A DNA stretch of 64,000 bases, taken from assembly GCA_918797485.1 (NCBI GenBank), contig CAKKNE010000003.1, positions 3,100,001 to 3,164,000 on the forward strand. Direction: 5' to 3'. A program made the position numbers and the translations under genes. The notes beneath the pieces were generated by a model, which worked only from the letters and a program-made list of their open reading frames with translations, had not been told where the DNA came from and ran no database searches. Shown here in pieces: positions 46,963 to 57,705 of the stretch. Numbering within the stretch: the first letter of the stretch is position 1; every line of letters begins with the position of its first letter. The DNA is from Pelagomonas calceolata (lineage: Eukaryota).

Positions 46963-47750
46963 GGCTGGACGCACGCGTTGACGACCTGCGCGCGGACGCG
47001 GTTGAGTGAATGCTTTTGCAATCAGCGCTACGTGGTGTCAGTGCAGCGAGCGGCCGCGGGCCAATGATGCGGGCCAATGATGCGGGCCAACGATCATCGC
47101 GGGCGCGTCCTCTCGCGGCGCCCGCACCAAACAGCGGATCGTGTGCCCCTCCACAATTGACGCAGTTTGCGCGATGAGTACGCGGCTTGACGATTCGATC
47201 TACGGGTTTAAGTGTAGTCACTGCGGCTCGCTTTAATCCTAATAACTGAATGTTGCCGATCAGCGGGAGAGCGGGAGAGCGGGGGAGAGCGCGTGTCCAA
47301 CCAAAACCGACGCTAGCCGAATCGTCTGCGACTTCCACTTGACCCTGCACGTCGCGGCACGGCGTAGCCGTACCGGAAGCGACGCTTGGGCGCGATGTGC
47401 GATGCTGACCTGATAGAGTCGAACGGACAAAATACCGTCACAGGGCAACCCGAGGAAAGCTACGTGGCTAAAGGCGGACTCTGCCGCGCACGGGATTTTT
47501 ACAAAACGGGTTTGTTGCCTGCGCTGCGCAGGCCTGCTTCTGGACGGTGAAGTTCTGATGCCGGATCCGGACCTTTAGAGGTCTGGTCTTAGTGCATCCA
47601 TCCCCAAGGTGCTAGCGCCCCAAAACGCGAGTAGCAGCTACCGCAGACGAGGGGTACCTAGTGATACGGTACCGACATACATACTATTAAGTAAAGACAA
47701 AAGGCGTGCTCAGACAAAGGCTTAGGCGCAGCGAGTGCCAGCGATCGCTG

Positions 47751-49817
47751 ATGTTGCCACGCCGCCTGCTCGCGGCAGCGCCTACCGGGGCGCGCGCCTT
47801 TGGGCGGAGGACGGGCGCAAAAGCGCACCTGCCGCCGGCACCGAAACGACGACAACAACCAGCGCCGCGGCGACGGGATCCGCCGCAAGCGGTCGCGCGC
47901 GTCGTCGCAAGTGCGCCGGCGCCGCCGGCGCCGCCGCCGTCGCCCCTCGACGAGACGCTGGCGGCGCTCGCCGGGCCGCCCCGGGGCGGCGCCACGTCGT
48001 CGCCCGGCGCGCGGCGCGCCTACCGCGCCGCCGCGTACGAGGCCGCCCGGAAGGCCTGGGACGCGGCGCCCGCCGCGCGCCGGACGGCGGCGGGCTGGAC
48101 GCTGATCGTCCGGCTCGCGGCGGCCGCGGGCGCGCCCGACGCCGCCGCGGGCCTCGTGGACGAGTGGGCCGCGCGCGACGCGGCGGGCTTCGCGGCGGCG
48201 GGCCAGGGCGCGCTCGCCGAGGTCGTGCTCGGGTTCGCGCGCGCGGGCCGCGCGGCCGACGCGGTCGCCACCTTCGACGCGGCGCGGGCGCTGGGCGCGC
48301 TGGAGCCGGCGCCGCCGCGGCGCGCCTTCGACGGCTACCTCGAGGCGCTGGCGCTGCAGCGGCTGCCCGAGCGCGCGCTGCAGGTCCTGGGCGACATGCG
48401 CGAGGTCGGCGTCCGGCCCGCGGCCGCGACGTACGCGGCGCTGCTCCGGGCGGCCGCGACGGCGCCGCAGTGGCACCCGGCCTACGGCTTCCTCACGGAC
48501 GAGATCCTCGACGCGATGGAGGGCGACGGCGTCGCGCCGTCGGCGGAGCTCTTCGACGCGCTCGTGCGCTGCGCCGGCGCCTGCGGCGACCACGTGGCGG
48601 CGGCGGCGTACTTCCAGGCGGCGCGGCGGTTCGGCTGCGCGCCGTCGCCGGCCCGCTACGCCGCGTACCTCGGCGCGCTCGCCCGGGCCGCGACGGTCGG
48701 CGTGCGGGGCGGCACGCGGGGCCGCCACGTGCCCGCGGCGCCGTTCGCGGGCCTCGGCGTCGACGCGGCGGAGGCGGCCGCGCCCGCGGCCGACGTGTCC
48801 GTGACGACCGGCGAGGACGCGGGCGGCCGCGGGTTCCGGCGCAAGGGCGAGGCCGGCCCGGCGACGCCCGTGGCCGTGGACGACGACGACGCGGGCGACG
48901 ACGCCGACGTCCGGGCCGCGCTGGCGGCGGCGCTCGCCGAGGCGGGGCTCGACGCGGGGCCGCCGCGGCCGGCGGCCGGCGCGGGCGACGACGACGTCGA
49001 GGCCTTCCTGGAGACGCTCTTCGAGGCCGCGACGGAGGAGGACCTCGACGCGCTGATGCAGGCGCTGCCCGACGACGACGAGGAGGCGACGGCGGTGGCG
49101 ACGGTCGGGAACGGCTTGCCGCGCCTCCGGGAGATGGCGCTCGAGGGCGCGCCCCGGAACTCGGTCGAGCTGCGGGACCGCCAGGCGGCGGTCCTCGGGC
49201 TCGCCGAGGCGGCGTGGGCGGCGCTGCTCGACGACGGCCTCGCGCCGGACGCGGCGTGCCTCAACGCCTACTACTCGGTCTACAGCCGCGCGCTGCGGCG
49301 GAAGCGGGCGGCGGCGATCTACGACACGTTCGCGGAGCGTTTCCCGGACCGCTTCCCGGACGCGCGGACGGCGCGCCACGCCGTGGAGCTGCGCTGCCGC
49401 CTGGGGGACCTCGAGGGCGCCCGCGCGCTGTGCGCGGCGTCCGACGATCCGGAGGCGCTGGGCGCGGCGCTCGACGCGCACGCGCGCAAGGGGGACCTGG
49501 ACCGCTCCCGCGAGCTCTGCGCGCGCCTGGTCCGGGCCTACGCGGCCTACGCGGCGACGGGCCGGGGCGCCTCGGACCGGGCCCCCGCCGTGCCGCGGGC
49601 CGTGGCCGAGGGCGCCTTCGACGCGCCGCGGCGGCCGCGCGGCCCGCCCGAGCGGTTTTTGCGCAACTTCCGGCGCCTCTGCCGCTCGCGCGGCGTCGCG
49701 CAGCCCGCCGACATCGGCGTGGACCCCGTGCTCTGGCGGCGGCGCGGCAACGACCTCCGCCGGTCCAAGGCCGGGAAGGGGGACGCCGCGCGGCACCGGA
49801 GCTACGCGCGCGTCTAA
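47751..49817 (+). CDS. pentatricopeptide-repeat protein
   Basis: PPR units such as 'FDGYLEALA..ERALQVLGDMREVGVRPAAATYAALL' and 'MEGDGVAPSAELFDALV'. Confidence 0.85.
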   Translation: MLPRRLLAAAPTGARAFGRRTGAKAHLPPAPKRRQQPAPRRRDPPQAVARVVASAPAPPAPPPSPLDETLAALAGPPRGGATSSPGARRAYRAAAYEAARKAWDAAPAARRTAAGWTLIVRLAAAAGAPDAAAGLVDEWAARDAAGFAAAGQGALAEVVLGFARAGRAADAVATFDAARALGALEPAPPRRAFDGYLEALALQRLPERALQVLGDMREVGVRPAAATYAALLRAAATAPQWHPAYGFLTDEILDAMEGDGVAPSAELFDALVRCAGACGDHVAAAAYFQAARRFGCAPSPARYAAYLGALARAATVGVRGGTRGRHVPAAPFAGLGVDAAEAAAPAADVSVTTGEDAGGRGFRRKGEAGPATPVAVDDDDAGDDADVRAALAAALAEAGLDAGPPRPAAGAGDDDVEAFLETLFEAATEEDLDALMQALPDDDEEATAVATVGNGLPRLREMALEGAPRNSVELRDRQAAVLGLAEAAWAALLDDGLAPDAACLNAYYSVYSRALRRKRAAAIYDTFAERFPDRFPDARTARHAVELRCRLGDLEGARALCAASDDPEALGAALDAHARKGDLDRSRELCARLVRAYAAYAATGRGASDRAPAVPRAVAEGAFDAPRRPRGPPERFLRNFRRLCRSRGVAQPADIGVDPVLWRRRGNDLRRSKAGKGDAARHRSYARV

Positions 49818-49869
49818 CGTGATTGTTGTCGTGTGCCGAATAATTTTTAGGCGGGGGTGCGGTGCGGCC

Positions 49870-50994
49870 CTAGCCGAGGTCTCCTTTCTTGGCCGCGGGC
49901 ATCTCGTCGTCGGCCGGCGCCGGCGCGCGGCGCCGCTTCTCGACCGTCCCCAGGCAGGCGTCCGCCAGGCCCAGGCCCACGAGCTCCAGGTACGGCTTGA
50001 GGCGCCGCAGCGGGAAGTCCACGACCGCGCTCTGCAGCCCCGTCGCGTCGTCGGGCGGCGCGTGCGCGATCTCGACGTGCGTGAGCACCGCCCGGTACTG
50101 GTCGTCGTCGGTGCGCTCGACGACGACGGCGCAGCGCGCGCGCGCGAAGCCGGCGCGCGCGAAGGCCTCGGGCAGCGGCTTGACGTCGGGCGGGTGCACG
50201 TCGACGGCGCACGGCTGGCCGCCGTTCGCCGCGTGGAGCTCCCGCAGCCTGTCCTGGGCGCCGGCGACCCAGAGCGCGTAGCCCGAGGGCGCGAGGTGCG
50301 CCGCCGGGTCGCGACAGAGCACGTGCTGGCGGAGCGCGCGCGCGTCGAAGCCCCGCGCGAGCATGGACAGGAGCAGGCGCTGGCGCGCGTCGGGCGACGC
50401 GCGGTCCTGCGCGTCCGTCGCGCGCGCGGCGCCCTGGCGCAGCGTGCGCCGCGGCCGGCCGCTGAGCTGCGGCAGGCGCTCGTGCAGCGCGACCTGCAGC
50501 TGCCAGCGCGCGAAGGCCGACCGGCCGTAGGCCGCGAAGAGGGCGCCCACGTCGGCGCGCGCCCGCGCGAGGACCACGTTCAGGGGGCCCATGGGCCCCG
50601 CGAGCGGCGGCGCCGGCGGCGCGGCCGCCGCCGCCGCCGGCATGTCGCCGCGGTAGAGCAGGAGCGAGACGGGGTCGCGCGCGCGGGCCAGCAGCTCCTT
50701 GAGGTGGCGCCGGCCGCCCGCCGCCACGTGCGCGCCGTCGACGGCCACGACGCGGTCGCCGGGCCGCACCGCGCCGCGCGCCGCGACCTCGACGGCCGCG
50801 TTCGTGAAGCCGTCGACGAAGACGCCGCCGTCGCGCTCGCGCACGACGAGGCCGAGCGCGCCGTCGGCCTGGCGCGAGAGCGTCGCGCTGCGGAAGCGCG
50901 TGGGGTCGAGCTGCAGGTTCGGCTGCGCCGCGGGCGCCGCGGCCGCGGGCACGGCCGGGGCCGGCTGCTCCGCGGGCGGCGCGGTCCCCGCCGG

Positions 50995-51026
<32 letters not shown>

Positions 51027-51048
51027 CGGTCGCTGCCGAAACCTCCAT
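49870..51048 (-). CDS. PDZ-domain protein
   Basis: 'GALGLVV..GVFVDG..GAVRPGDRVVAVDG..PVSLLL'. Confidence 0.75.
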
Positions 51049-51495
51049 GACGCAGGGCAGCCGCGGAGGCGGCGAAAACGACGGGTTCGCGGCCGCTGCG
51101 CGAACCAGCGAGGGGAAGCTACGGGCTGCGAGCTATGAGCTGAGGGCGCCGGGCACTCGAGGCGCAGCGCAGCGACCACGGCGGGGGGCAGCCGAATGCA
51201 TGTCCGCGGGGATACATAGAGTTCGGGTGCCGTCTGGCAAGCCTCGGGCGGCCCTTCACGGGTCCCACGGTCCATGGGATTTATGGGATTTGTGATCCTA
51301 GACTAAGACAAAACCCGCGCGTATAATTATAAGCCGCGCCGCCCGGCGCCGGGCCACGTTAGCTTAAGCACAGTGTGTGATCATGAAATGTGCATCGGAC
51401 AGCTCTTTGTTGTGTTCAGTCAGGCTCGTCGTGCCTGGCAAAGAGATGAATTTGCCGGGGCAGCATCTGATGACGGGCAGCCCGTGACCGGTACC

Positions 51496-52453
51496 ATGCT
51501 GCGAACGCTCCTGTACGTCACGACTCATCTGAGCGAGTGGCACACGTCGGGTCTCAGGTGCCTGTGGCCGGCCGCGGCGCGGCGGGCGCGGTTGCTCCGG
51601 GACGCCGTCGTCTTCAACAGCGGACGGCCGGCGACCGCCGCGCAGCTCGAAGCCGTCGCCGCGGCGTTCCCGCGCTACAATAATCGCTCCGTGGAAATCT
51701 TCTCCGCCGAGGCGACGCGGCAGGTGCATCGCAAGGCCTTTACGCTGGGCTCGACGAAGAAGCAGATGGGCGCCATCCTGGCGCTGAGCGAGGCCGAGGC
51801 GCGGGGCTGGTTCGACGGCTACGACTGGGTCGTACGACTCAACCCAGACGTCATCGTCAGCGAGGACCGCTTCCTGCGCACGCACATGGCGCGCGACGGC
51901 ATCGACGCGGTCCTCGCCTTCTGCGGGCGGTCCTCGCCTTCTGGTACCAGCACGAGCCGTGTCCACACGGACTTCATGGCGTGGCGCCCGGCGACATTAC
52001 CTGTGTAGAAATCAACCAGTGAGTTAGGTTATCCTGAGAAATATTGCGTGGACCTTCGTGAGCCTCCACGCCATCGAGCCGACGCGATCACGGCGACAAC
52101 GTCGCGTCGATGGCCTGGAAACTCCACGCCATCGAGCAGACGCAGCTACGGAGACAACATCGCGTCGATGGCGTGGGGCGCCCGAAATTTGATTTCCACA
52201 CAGGACATTACCGCGCGGCCAGTTCGCGCTGCCGCCGAAAGCGACGACCGTCTGCGCCCAGCCGGGCGTGATGGAATGTAACGCTGAACGCCACGCGCCC
52301 TCGCGCCCATCGTCGCGTCGGGCCGCTACGCGGAGCTGCCCCAGACATTCGGGCGGGGGCGGGGCGGCTGCCGCGTCGACAGCGCCACTCGCGTGCTCCA
52401 CCACCTCCCGTGGGAGGCGGCCCCGGCCTGCGATCAGCGACGGTAAATTTTAA
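51496..52453 (+). CDS. hypothetical glycosyltransferase-like protein interrupted by an introner (putative intron 51993-52203)
   Basis: 'WFDGYDWVVRLNPDV', 'VHTDF..WRP'. Removing the element plus one TSD copy extends the frame (RPATLPRGQF..NAERHA) to the stop at 52453. Confidence 0.6.
52001..52203. mobile_element. young introner element/MITE, 203 bp
   Basis: TIRs CTGTGTAGAAATCAA / TTGATTTCCACACAG (14/15); perfect 8-bp TSD GACATTAC at 51993-52000 and 52204-52211. Confidence 0.93.
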
Positions 52454-52466
52454 CAATAGTACGATT

Positions 52467-53217
52467 CTATTCGGCGGCGAGGAGCTCCCCGAGGCGCCAG
52501 CCCATCGCGTAGCAGGACAGCGACGGGTTGACCCGCGGGAGCGCAGGCATCGCCGCCGCGCCGACAACACAAACGCCCTCGCAGCCGCGGAGTTCGAGCG
52601 ACTCCGCGTCGAGCGCGTCGCCGCGGCATGCCCCGCCGGCGGGGTGCCACAGCGTACCGCAGCAACCACGAACAAAGGCTTCCGCGTCCGACCGGTCCAT
52701 CCGCGGCGCGGCGCCGCAGACCGAGAGGACCCGGTACGCCGCGGCCTCGAGTCCGCGCGTCCAGGGCCCGGCCGGCGGGTCGCGCGCCTTCAGCAGCGCC
52801 TCGGTCACGGTCGCGGCCGCGCGCAGCCCGTCCACCAGCACCTCCACGTCCTGCGCGTGCAACGGCGGCGCCTCCCCGCCGTCCAGCGCGCGCCGCGTCG
52901 CCGGCGCCGCGGCCGTCGCGACGACCGCGCCCACGCTCACCGGTTCGCGGCCGCCGGTCCAGCCCAGGGTCCGGAGGAGGGCCGCCGTCGTCCGCAGAAA
53001 CACGCGCGCCGCGGCCGTGATGCGCGGCGCGCCGCCCGGAGCGCGCGCGCCGCGCCACGCGCGCGGCGCGCCGCCGTAGAAGCCCCCGACGCACACGGCG
53101 CCCTGGCCCCCGAGGTAGCTGAGCTGGAACGTGCGCCGCGCGTCCCAGGCCACGCCCGCGTAGGCGGCCGGCGCCGCGCGCGCCGCCGCCCGCGACCGCG
53201 GCCGCAGCGCGAGCGCG

Positions 53218-53255
<38 letters not shown>

Positions 53256-54095
53256 GCCGCGCCGCCCGCCCAGGAGGAGCGCGCCCGCGGCGGCCGCGGC
53301 GGCCGCCGCCGCCGCGGGCGGCGCCGCGCCGCGGAGGTCGAGCAGCGGCAGGGCCACGGACGGGTGGTCCGAGATGCCCCGGCCGACGGCGCCGCCGCCG
53401 TCGAGCTGCGACCGCCGCAACAGCTTGACGGTCTCCTCGGGGCCGGCCGCGACGACGACGGCGCGGGCCTCGAGGCGCGCGCCGTCGGCCAGCCGCACGC
53501 CGGTCGCGCGCCCGGCCGCCGTCAGGATCCGGAGCGCTTCGCCGTGAACCACGCGCAGGCGCGCGTCGTCGGCGGGCAGCAGCCTCCAGGCGCCGCAGCG
53601 CCGGCCCCGGCGGTCGAACGCGAGCCGCGGCCGGAAGGCGTCGTCGAGCCCGGCGGCCCCGCACGCGCCGACGAAGACGTCGCTCCGCGGGTCCGGCGGC
53701 GGCGCCGCGTCGACGCCGAGCCGCGCCAGCGCCGCCGCGGCGCACCGCGCCATGGCGGCCGGGCGCCACCGCGCCCCGCACCCGCCCCACTCGTTCGCCC
53801 AGTACGTCTCGTCCTCGATCAGCGCGCCGGCGTTCAGCGCCGAGCCGCCGCCGAGCGCCGCGACGGTGCCGGCCCACGCGCAGCCCGCGAAGGGCGCGTA
53901 GCCGCAGGCCGCGTACGCGCGCTCCTCCATCAACGACGAGGGAAAGCCCCAGCGCGCCGTCGCGTCCGCCGCGAGCTCGGGGCCGCGCTCGACGACCAGG
54001 ACGCGCAGCGTCGGGTCCTTGGACGCGTCGAGCAGGGCCGCGGCGCAGGCGCAGCCGCTCGGCCCACTGCCGACGATCAGGACGGTGTTGGCCAT
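52467..54095 (-). CDS. GMC oxidoreductase family flavoprotein
   Basis: 'VLIVGSGPSG', 'LVVERG', 'LGGGSALNAG', 'DHP', 'WHPAG', 'VNP'; internal poly-Ala (GCC)n tracts. Confidence 0.82.
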
Positions 54096-54181
54096 CGCAG
54101 GGCACGGTCGGCACTCATGCGTTGGTTTCACACCATCTCAAACGCCAGTGATTATTCCTCTCTCGCACTAATGCTTGCTTG

Positions 54182-54237
54182 CTAGTGTCTACAGGCCGCT
54201 AGCCGGGAATGCGAGCTAGCGGCCTGTAAGTCACTAG
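54182..54237. promoter_or_regulatory. inverted pair of the CTAG-bounded intergenic motif between divergent genes
   Basis: CTAGTGTCTACAGGCCGCTAG (54182-54202) and CTAGCGGCCTGTAAGTCACTAG (54216-54237); ten further copies in the window. Confidence 0.55.
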
Positions 54238-54485
54238 GGATGCCTAAGCAAGCCCCCTGGGGCGGGGAGGGGTCCCGCAAGACCGCGCGCAAAAACCCGT
54301 CGGTTAAGCTGAGGCTAGGCTAGAAGCGGGTTTTCCACAGCGCCGGCCCGATCGATCTCCGGCCCGGCCCAATCCCGGCCCTGCCGGGCTGCGCCCTCTG
54401 AGGAGGAACGGAAGCTAGGCTAGGCCTTCAAACCCGGAGGAACGAGGCGCCCTCTTGGTGAGTGCGGGGCAGCAGAGCGTCCACC

Positions 54486-55325
54486 ATGCTGGCGCGGGGG
54501 GACATCGCCGAGATTCCGCCGTTCAGGAAACGGCTGCCGACGCCGGAGGCCCGCGCGCCCGCGCCCGCGCCCGCGCCGCTCCCGCGCACCGAGTTCGCGC
54601 TGCGCGCGACGCCCGCGGACCTCGGGGGCAAGCACGGGCGCCACGCGACGTTCGAGTGGCCGTGCGGCGACGCGTACGACGGCTGGGCCGCCAACGGGAA
54701 GCGCCAGGGCCGGGGCACCTACACGTTCGCGAACGGCGCGACGCTGGAGTGCGACTGGGTCGAGGACGCGCCGGGCGGCCGCGGCGTCTTCAAGGTGCCG
54801 CGCGGCGCCGTGTACCGGGGCCCCTTCCGCGACGGCCTCTTCCACGGCAAGGGCGTGCTGAAGTTCGGCGGCAACACCTACCGCGGCGCGTTCAGGGCCG
54901 GCGCGTTCCACGGGTCCGGCACGCTCGCCCTCGCGGGCGGCGACCGCTACGAGGGCGCGTTCCGGAACCACCGCTTCCACGGCCGGGGCGCCTACTTCTG
55001 GAAGTCGGGCCAGCGGTACGAGGGCCTCTTCGAGGACGGCGCGATGACGGGCCGCGGGGTCGCGTCCTGGCCGGGCGGCCAGCGCTACGCGGGGGACTAC
55101 GTGGACGGCCGGCGCGAGGGCCGCGGCGACCTCCGGGGCGGCGCGGGCCAGCGCTACCGCGGCGAGTTCGCGGACGGCTACCCGCACGGCGCGGGCCGCT
55201 TCGCGTCCAGCAACGGCAAGTTCGTCGAAGGGACGTTTGCCATGGGCGCCTTCGTGCCTCCGGGTCCGGCTCCGGCGCCCGACGAGCCCGGTTCCCCCCC
55301 GAATGCGGACCCCGAAGAAACCTAA
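54486..55325 (+). CDS. MORN-repeat protein
   Basis: Tandem 'YxGxFxxGxxHGxG' repeats. Confidence 0.92.
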   Translation: MLARGDIAEIPPFRKRLPTPEARAPAPAPAPLPRTEFALRATPADLGGKHGRHATFEWPCGDAYDGWAANGKRQGRGTYTFANGATLECDWVEDAPGGRGVFKVPRGAVYRGPFRDGLFHGKGVLKFGGNTYRGAFRAGAFHGSGTLALAGGDRYEGAFRNHRFHGRGAYFWKSGQRYEGLFEDGAMTGRGVASWPGGQRYAGDYVDGRREGRGDLRGGAGQRYRGEFADGYPHGAGRFASSNGKFVEGTFAMGAFVPPGPAPAPDEPGSPPNADPEET

Positions 55326-55332
55326 GACACTG

Positions 55333-56247
55333 TTAAGGAAGCCGGTCCGCGACCTCGGAGGGCTTTTCCGCGTCGGCCGCGAAGAACGCGTCGAGCGACG
55401 GCCACGCGGGCGCCCAGCCGCCGACGCGCGCCGCCGAGCGCGCGCAGTCGTAGACGCGGCCGCCGCCGGCGGGCCCGCGCCGCGGCGGCGCGTCGCCGGC
55501 GACGAACGTCGGGCGCGCGCGGTCCCGAAACAGGGGGTGCCGCGCGACGGCGTCGACGCATCCCGCGCGCGTCCGCGGGCTCCCGTCGGCGGCGAGCAGC
55601 ACCTCGTCGGCGACGCGCGCCTCGAGCGCGCGCGCCGCGAAGGCCGCCGCGTCGTCGTAGTGCAGGAAGTTGAGCAGGCTGCCGTCGCCCGCGGCCCGGA
55701 CCTCGCCCTGCTTGTACCAGTACCCGTGCGCGCCGCGGTCCCGCGTGTAGAGGCCCGCCAGCCGCACGACCGCGCCGCCCGCGGCCAGCGCGGCCCGCTC
55801 CGCGCCCAGGAGCTTGCGCGCGCGCGGCGTGTCGAGCGTCGCGCCCGCCTCGTCGACGACGCCGCCCGCGTCCTCGGCGAAGACGCCGCCCGACGACGCC
55901 ATCAGGAACGCGCCGGAGCCGTCCCAGCACGTGCGGGCGGCCTCCGTCACCTCGGCCGCGTACTCCTCGTCGCCGTACGCGCTCGGCGGCGCGCAGAAGA
56001 GGACGTTCGCGCACTTCGCGGGCGTCCCGCGCGCGGCGCGCGTCGCCGGCGTCGCGCCCAGGCGCTCGAGCTCGGCGTGCGACGCCGTCGACGCCGTCTC
56101 GCCGATGATCCGCGCGCCGGGGTGCGCCTCGCGCCACAGGCGGCACGTCGCTCGCCCCAACACGCCGCAGCCGACGACGTACAGCGACGGCGCCGCCGGC
56201 GCGGCCAGGGCGTGGGCACCGGCCATGACGAAGAGGACGTTGTGCAT
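55333..56247 (-). CDS. atypical SDR / NAD(P)-binding epimerase-like protein
   Basis: 'VVGCGVLG', 'FCAPPS', 'SSGGVF', 'VRLAGLY', 'NFLHYDDAA'. Confidence 0.82.
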   Translation of the reverse strand: MHNVLFVMAGAHALAAPAAPSLYVVGCGVLGRATCRLWREAHPGARIIGETASTASHAELERLGATPATRAARGTPAKCANVLFCAPPSAYGDEEYAAEVTEAARTCWDGSGAFLMASSGGVFAEDAGGVVDEAGATLDTPRARKLLGAERAALAAGGAVVRLAGLYTRDRGAHGYWYKQGEVRAAGDGSLLNFLHYDDAAAFAARALEARVADEVLLAADGSPRTRAGCVDAVARHPLFRDRARPTFVAGDAPPRRGPAGGGRVYDCARSAARVGGWAPAWPSLDAFFAADAEKPSEVADRLP

Positions 56248-56477
56248 CGTTGCACTGACTTTCACAATGCACTGGCTTGCACTAAAAACTTGGAAAAAAA
56301 AGCTAGCGCAGTAAGGCACTAGCGACGTTTGGGAGACAGCTTGCTTGCGGTCTCTTGCTCCACAAAAAAGGGCGGGCGTTGGCTGCAGGCGTTGGGTCGC
56401 AAACGCGCTGCCAGGCTCGCGCGCGCCCGTCGACGTGCCTCGGTTGCTGCGGCACCACCCACGGCTGTGACGCGTCT

Positions 56478-57578
56478 ATGCGTTTTTGGCTGCTCGTGGT
56501 AGGCAGGATGGCGGCGGCGCTGAGCGCGCCGCACGTCGTGGTGACGGGCGGGAGCGGCTACATCGGGAGCCACACGTGCGTGAAGCTGCTCGAGGCGGGC
56601 TACCGCGTGACGGTCCTGGACAACTTGGTCAACAGCAAGGTCGAGTCGCTGCGGCGCGTCGGCGAGCTCACGGGCAAATCAGATTTGCTCGACTTCCACG
56701 AGGTGGATTTGTGCGACTACGAGAAGCTCGATTCCATACTGGCGAAGATTGCGCCCTGCCAGGCCTGCATCCACTTCGCGGGCTTAAAAGCCGTGGGCGA
56801 GTCGACGCAGAAGCCCCTCGAGTACTACGAGAACAACGTCGGCGGCACGCTCGCGCTCCTCCGGGCCATGCGCAAGCACGCGATCACGCAGATCATCTTC
56901 TCGAGCTCGGCCACGGTCTACGGCGCGGCGACGCCGCCCATCACGGAGGCGACGCCGACGGGCGGCGGCATCACGAACGCCTACGGCCGCACGAAGTACG
57001 TCATCGAGGAGATCCTCGGCGACTTCGCGCGGTCGCCGGCCGGCGCGGACTGGTCCGTGGTCCTGCTGCGCTACTTCAACCCCGTCGGGGCGCACCCGAG
57101 CGGGCGGATCGGAGAGGACCCGCAGGGCCCGCCGAACAACCTCATGCCCTACGTGGCCCAGGTCGCGGTCGGCCGCCGCGAGTTCCTCAGCGTCTACGGC
57201 GACGACTACGACACGCCCGACGGCACGGGCGTGCGCGACTACATCCACGTCGAGGACCTCGCCGTGGGGCACCTGAGCGCGCTGCGCAAGATGGAGACGA
57301 GCGCGCCGGCGCTGCGCGTCTACAACCTCGGCACGGGCAAGGGCTACTCCGTCCTCGACATGGTGCGGGCCATGGAGAAGGCCGCGGGCAAGACGATCCC
57401 CTACAAGATCGTCGCGCGGCGCCCGGGCGACGTCGCCACCGTCTACGCCGACACGAAGAAGGCGGCGGACGAGCTCGGCTGGACCGCCGAGCTGGGCCTC
57501 GACGAGATGTGCCGCGACCTCTGGACGTGGCAGAGCGCGAACCCGATGGGCTTCGTCGACGGGAGCGCCGAGCTTTAG
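56478..57578 (+). CDS. galE: UDP-glucose 4-epimerase
   Basis: '[12 protein letters not shown]', '[11 protein letters not shown]', 'FSSSATVYG', 'YGRTK', '[10 protein letters not shown]', 'PNNLMPY', '[11 protein letters not shown]'. Start 56478 or 56508. Confidence 0.96.
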   Translation: MRFWLLVVGRMAAALSAPHVVVTGGSGYIGSHTCVKLLEAGYRVTVLDNLVNSKVESLRRVGELTGKSDLLDFHEVDLCDYEKLDSILAKIAPCQACIHFAGLKAVGESTQKPLEYYENNVGGTLALLRAMRKHAITQIIFSSSATVYGAATPPITEATPTGGGITNAYGRTKYVIEEILGDFARSPAGADWSVVLLRYFNPVGAHPSGRIGEDPQGPPNNLMPYVAQVAVGRREFLSVYGDDYDTPDGTGVRDYIHVEDLAVGHLSALRKMETSAPALRVYNLGTGKGYSVLDMVRAMEKAAGKTIPYKIVARRPGDVATVYADTKKAADELGWTAELGLDEMCRDLWTWQSANPMGFVDGSAEL

Positions 57579-57705
57579 GGGCGGGGGCTGTTTAAGTGTC
57601 GGTCGCGTACCTACGCACTGTCCGAGAAATGTAACCGAATGTACGTAGACGCGCCAGCGGCTCGGGGGGCGCGGTTAAAACGCGACAGAACTCACATGGC
57701 TAGAC

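Noticed and set aside
52064..52176. CRISPR-like repeat/spacer pattern
   Set aside because: Only two units, inside a TIR element, in a eukaryotic context with no cas genes.
53218..53315. (GCC)n tracts as a separate repeat element
   Set aside because: In-frame poly-Ala within the GMC oxidoreductase ORF.
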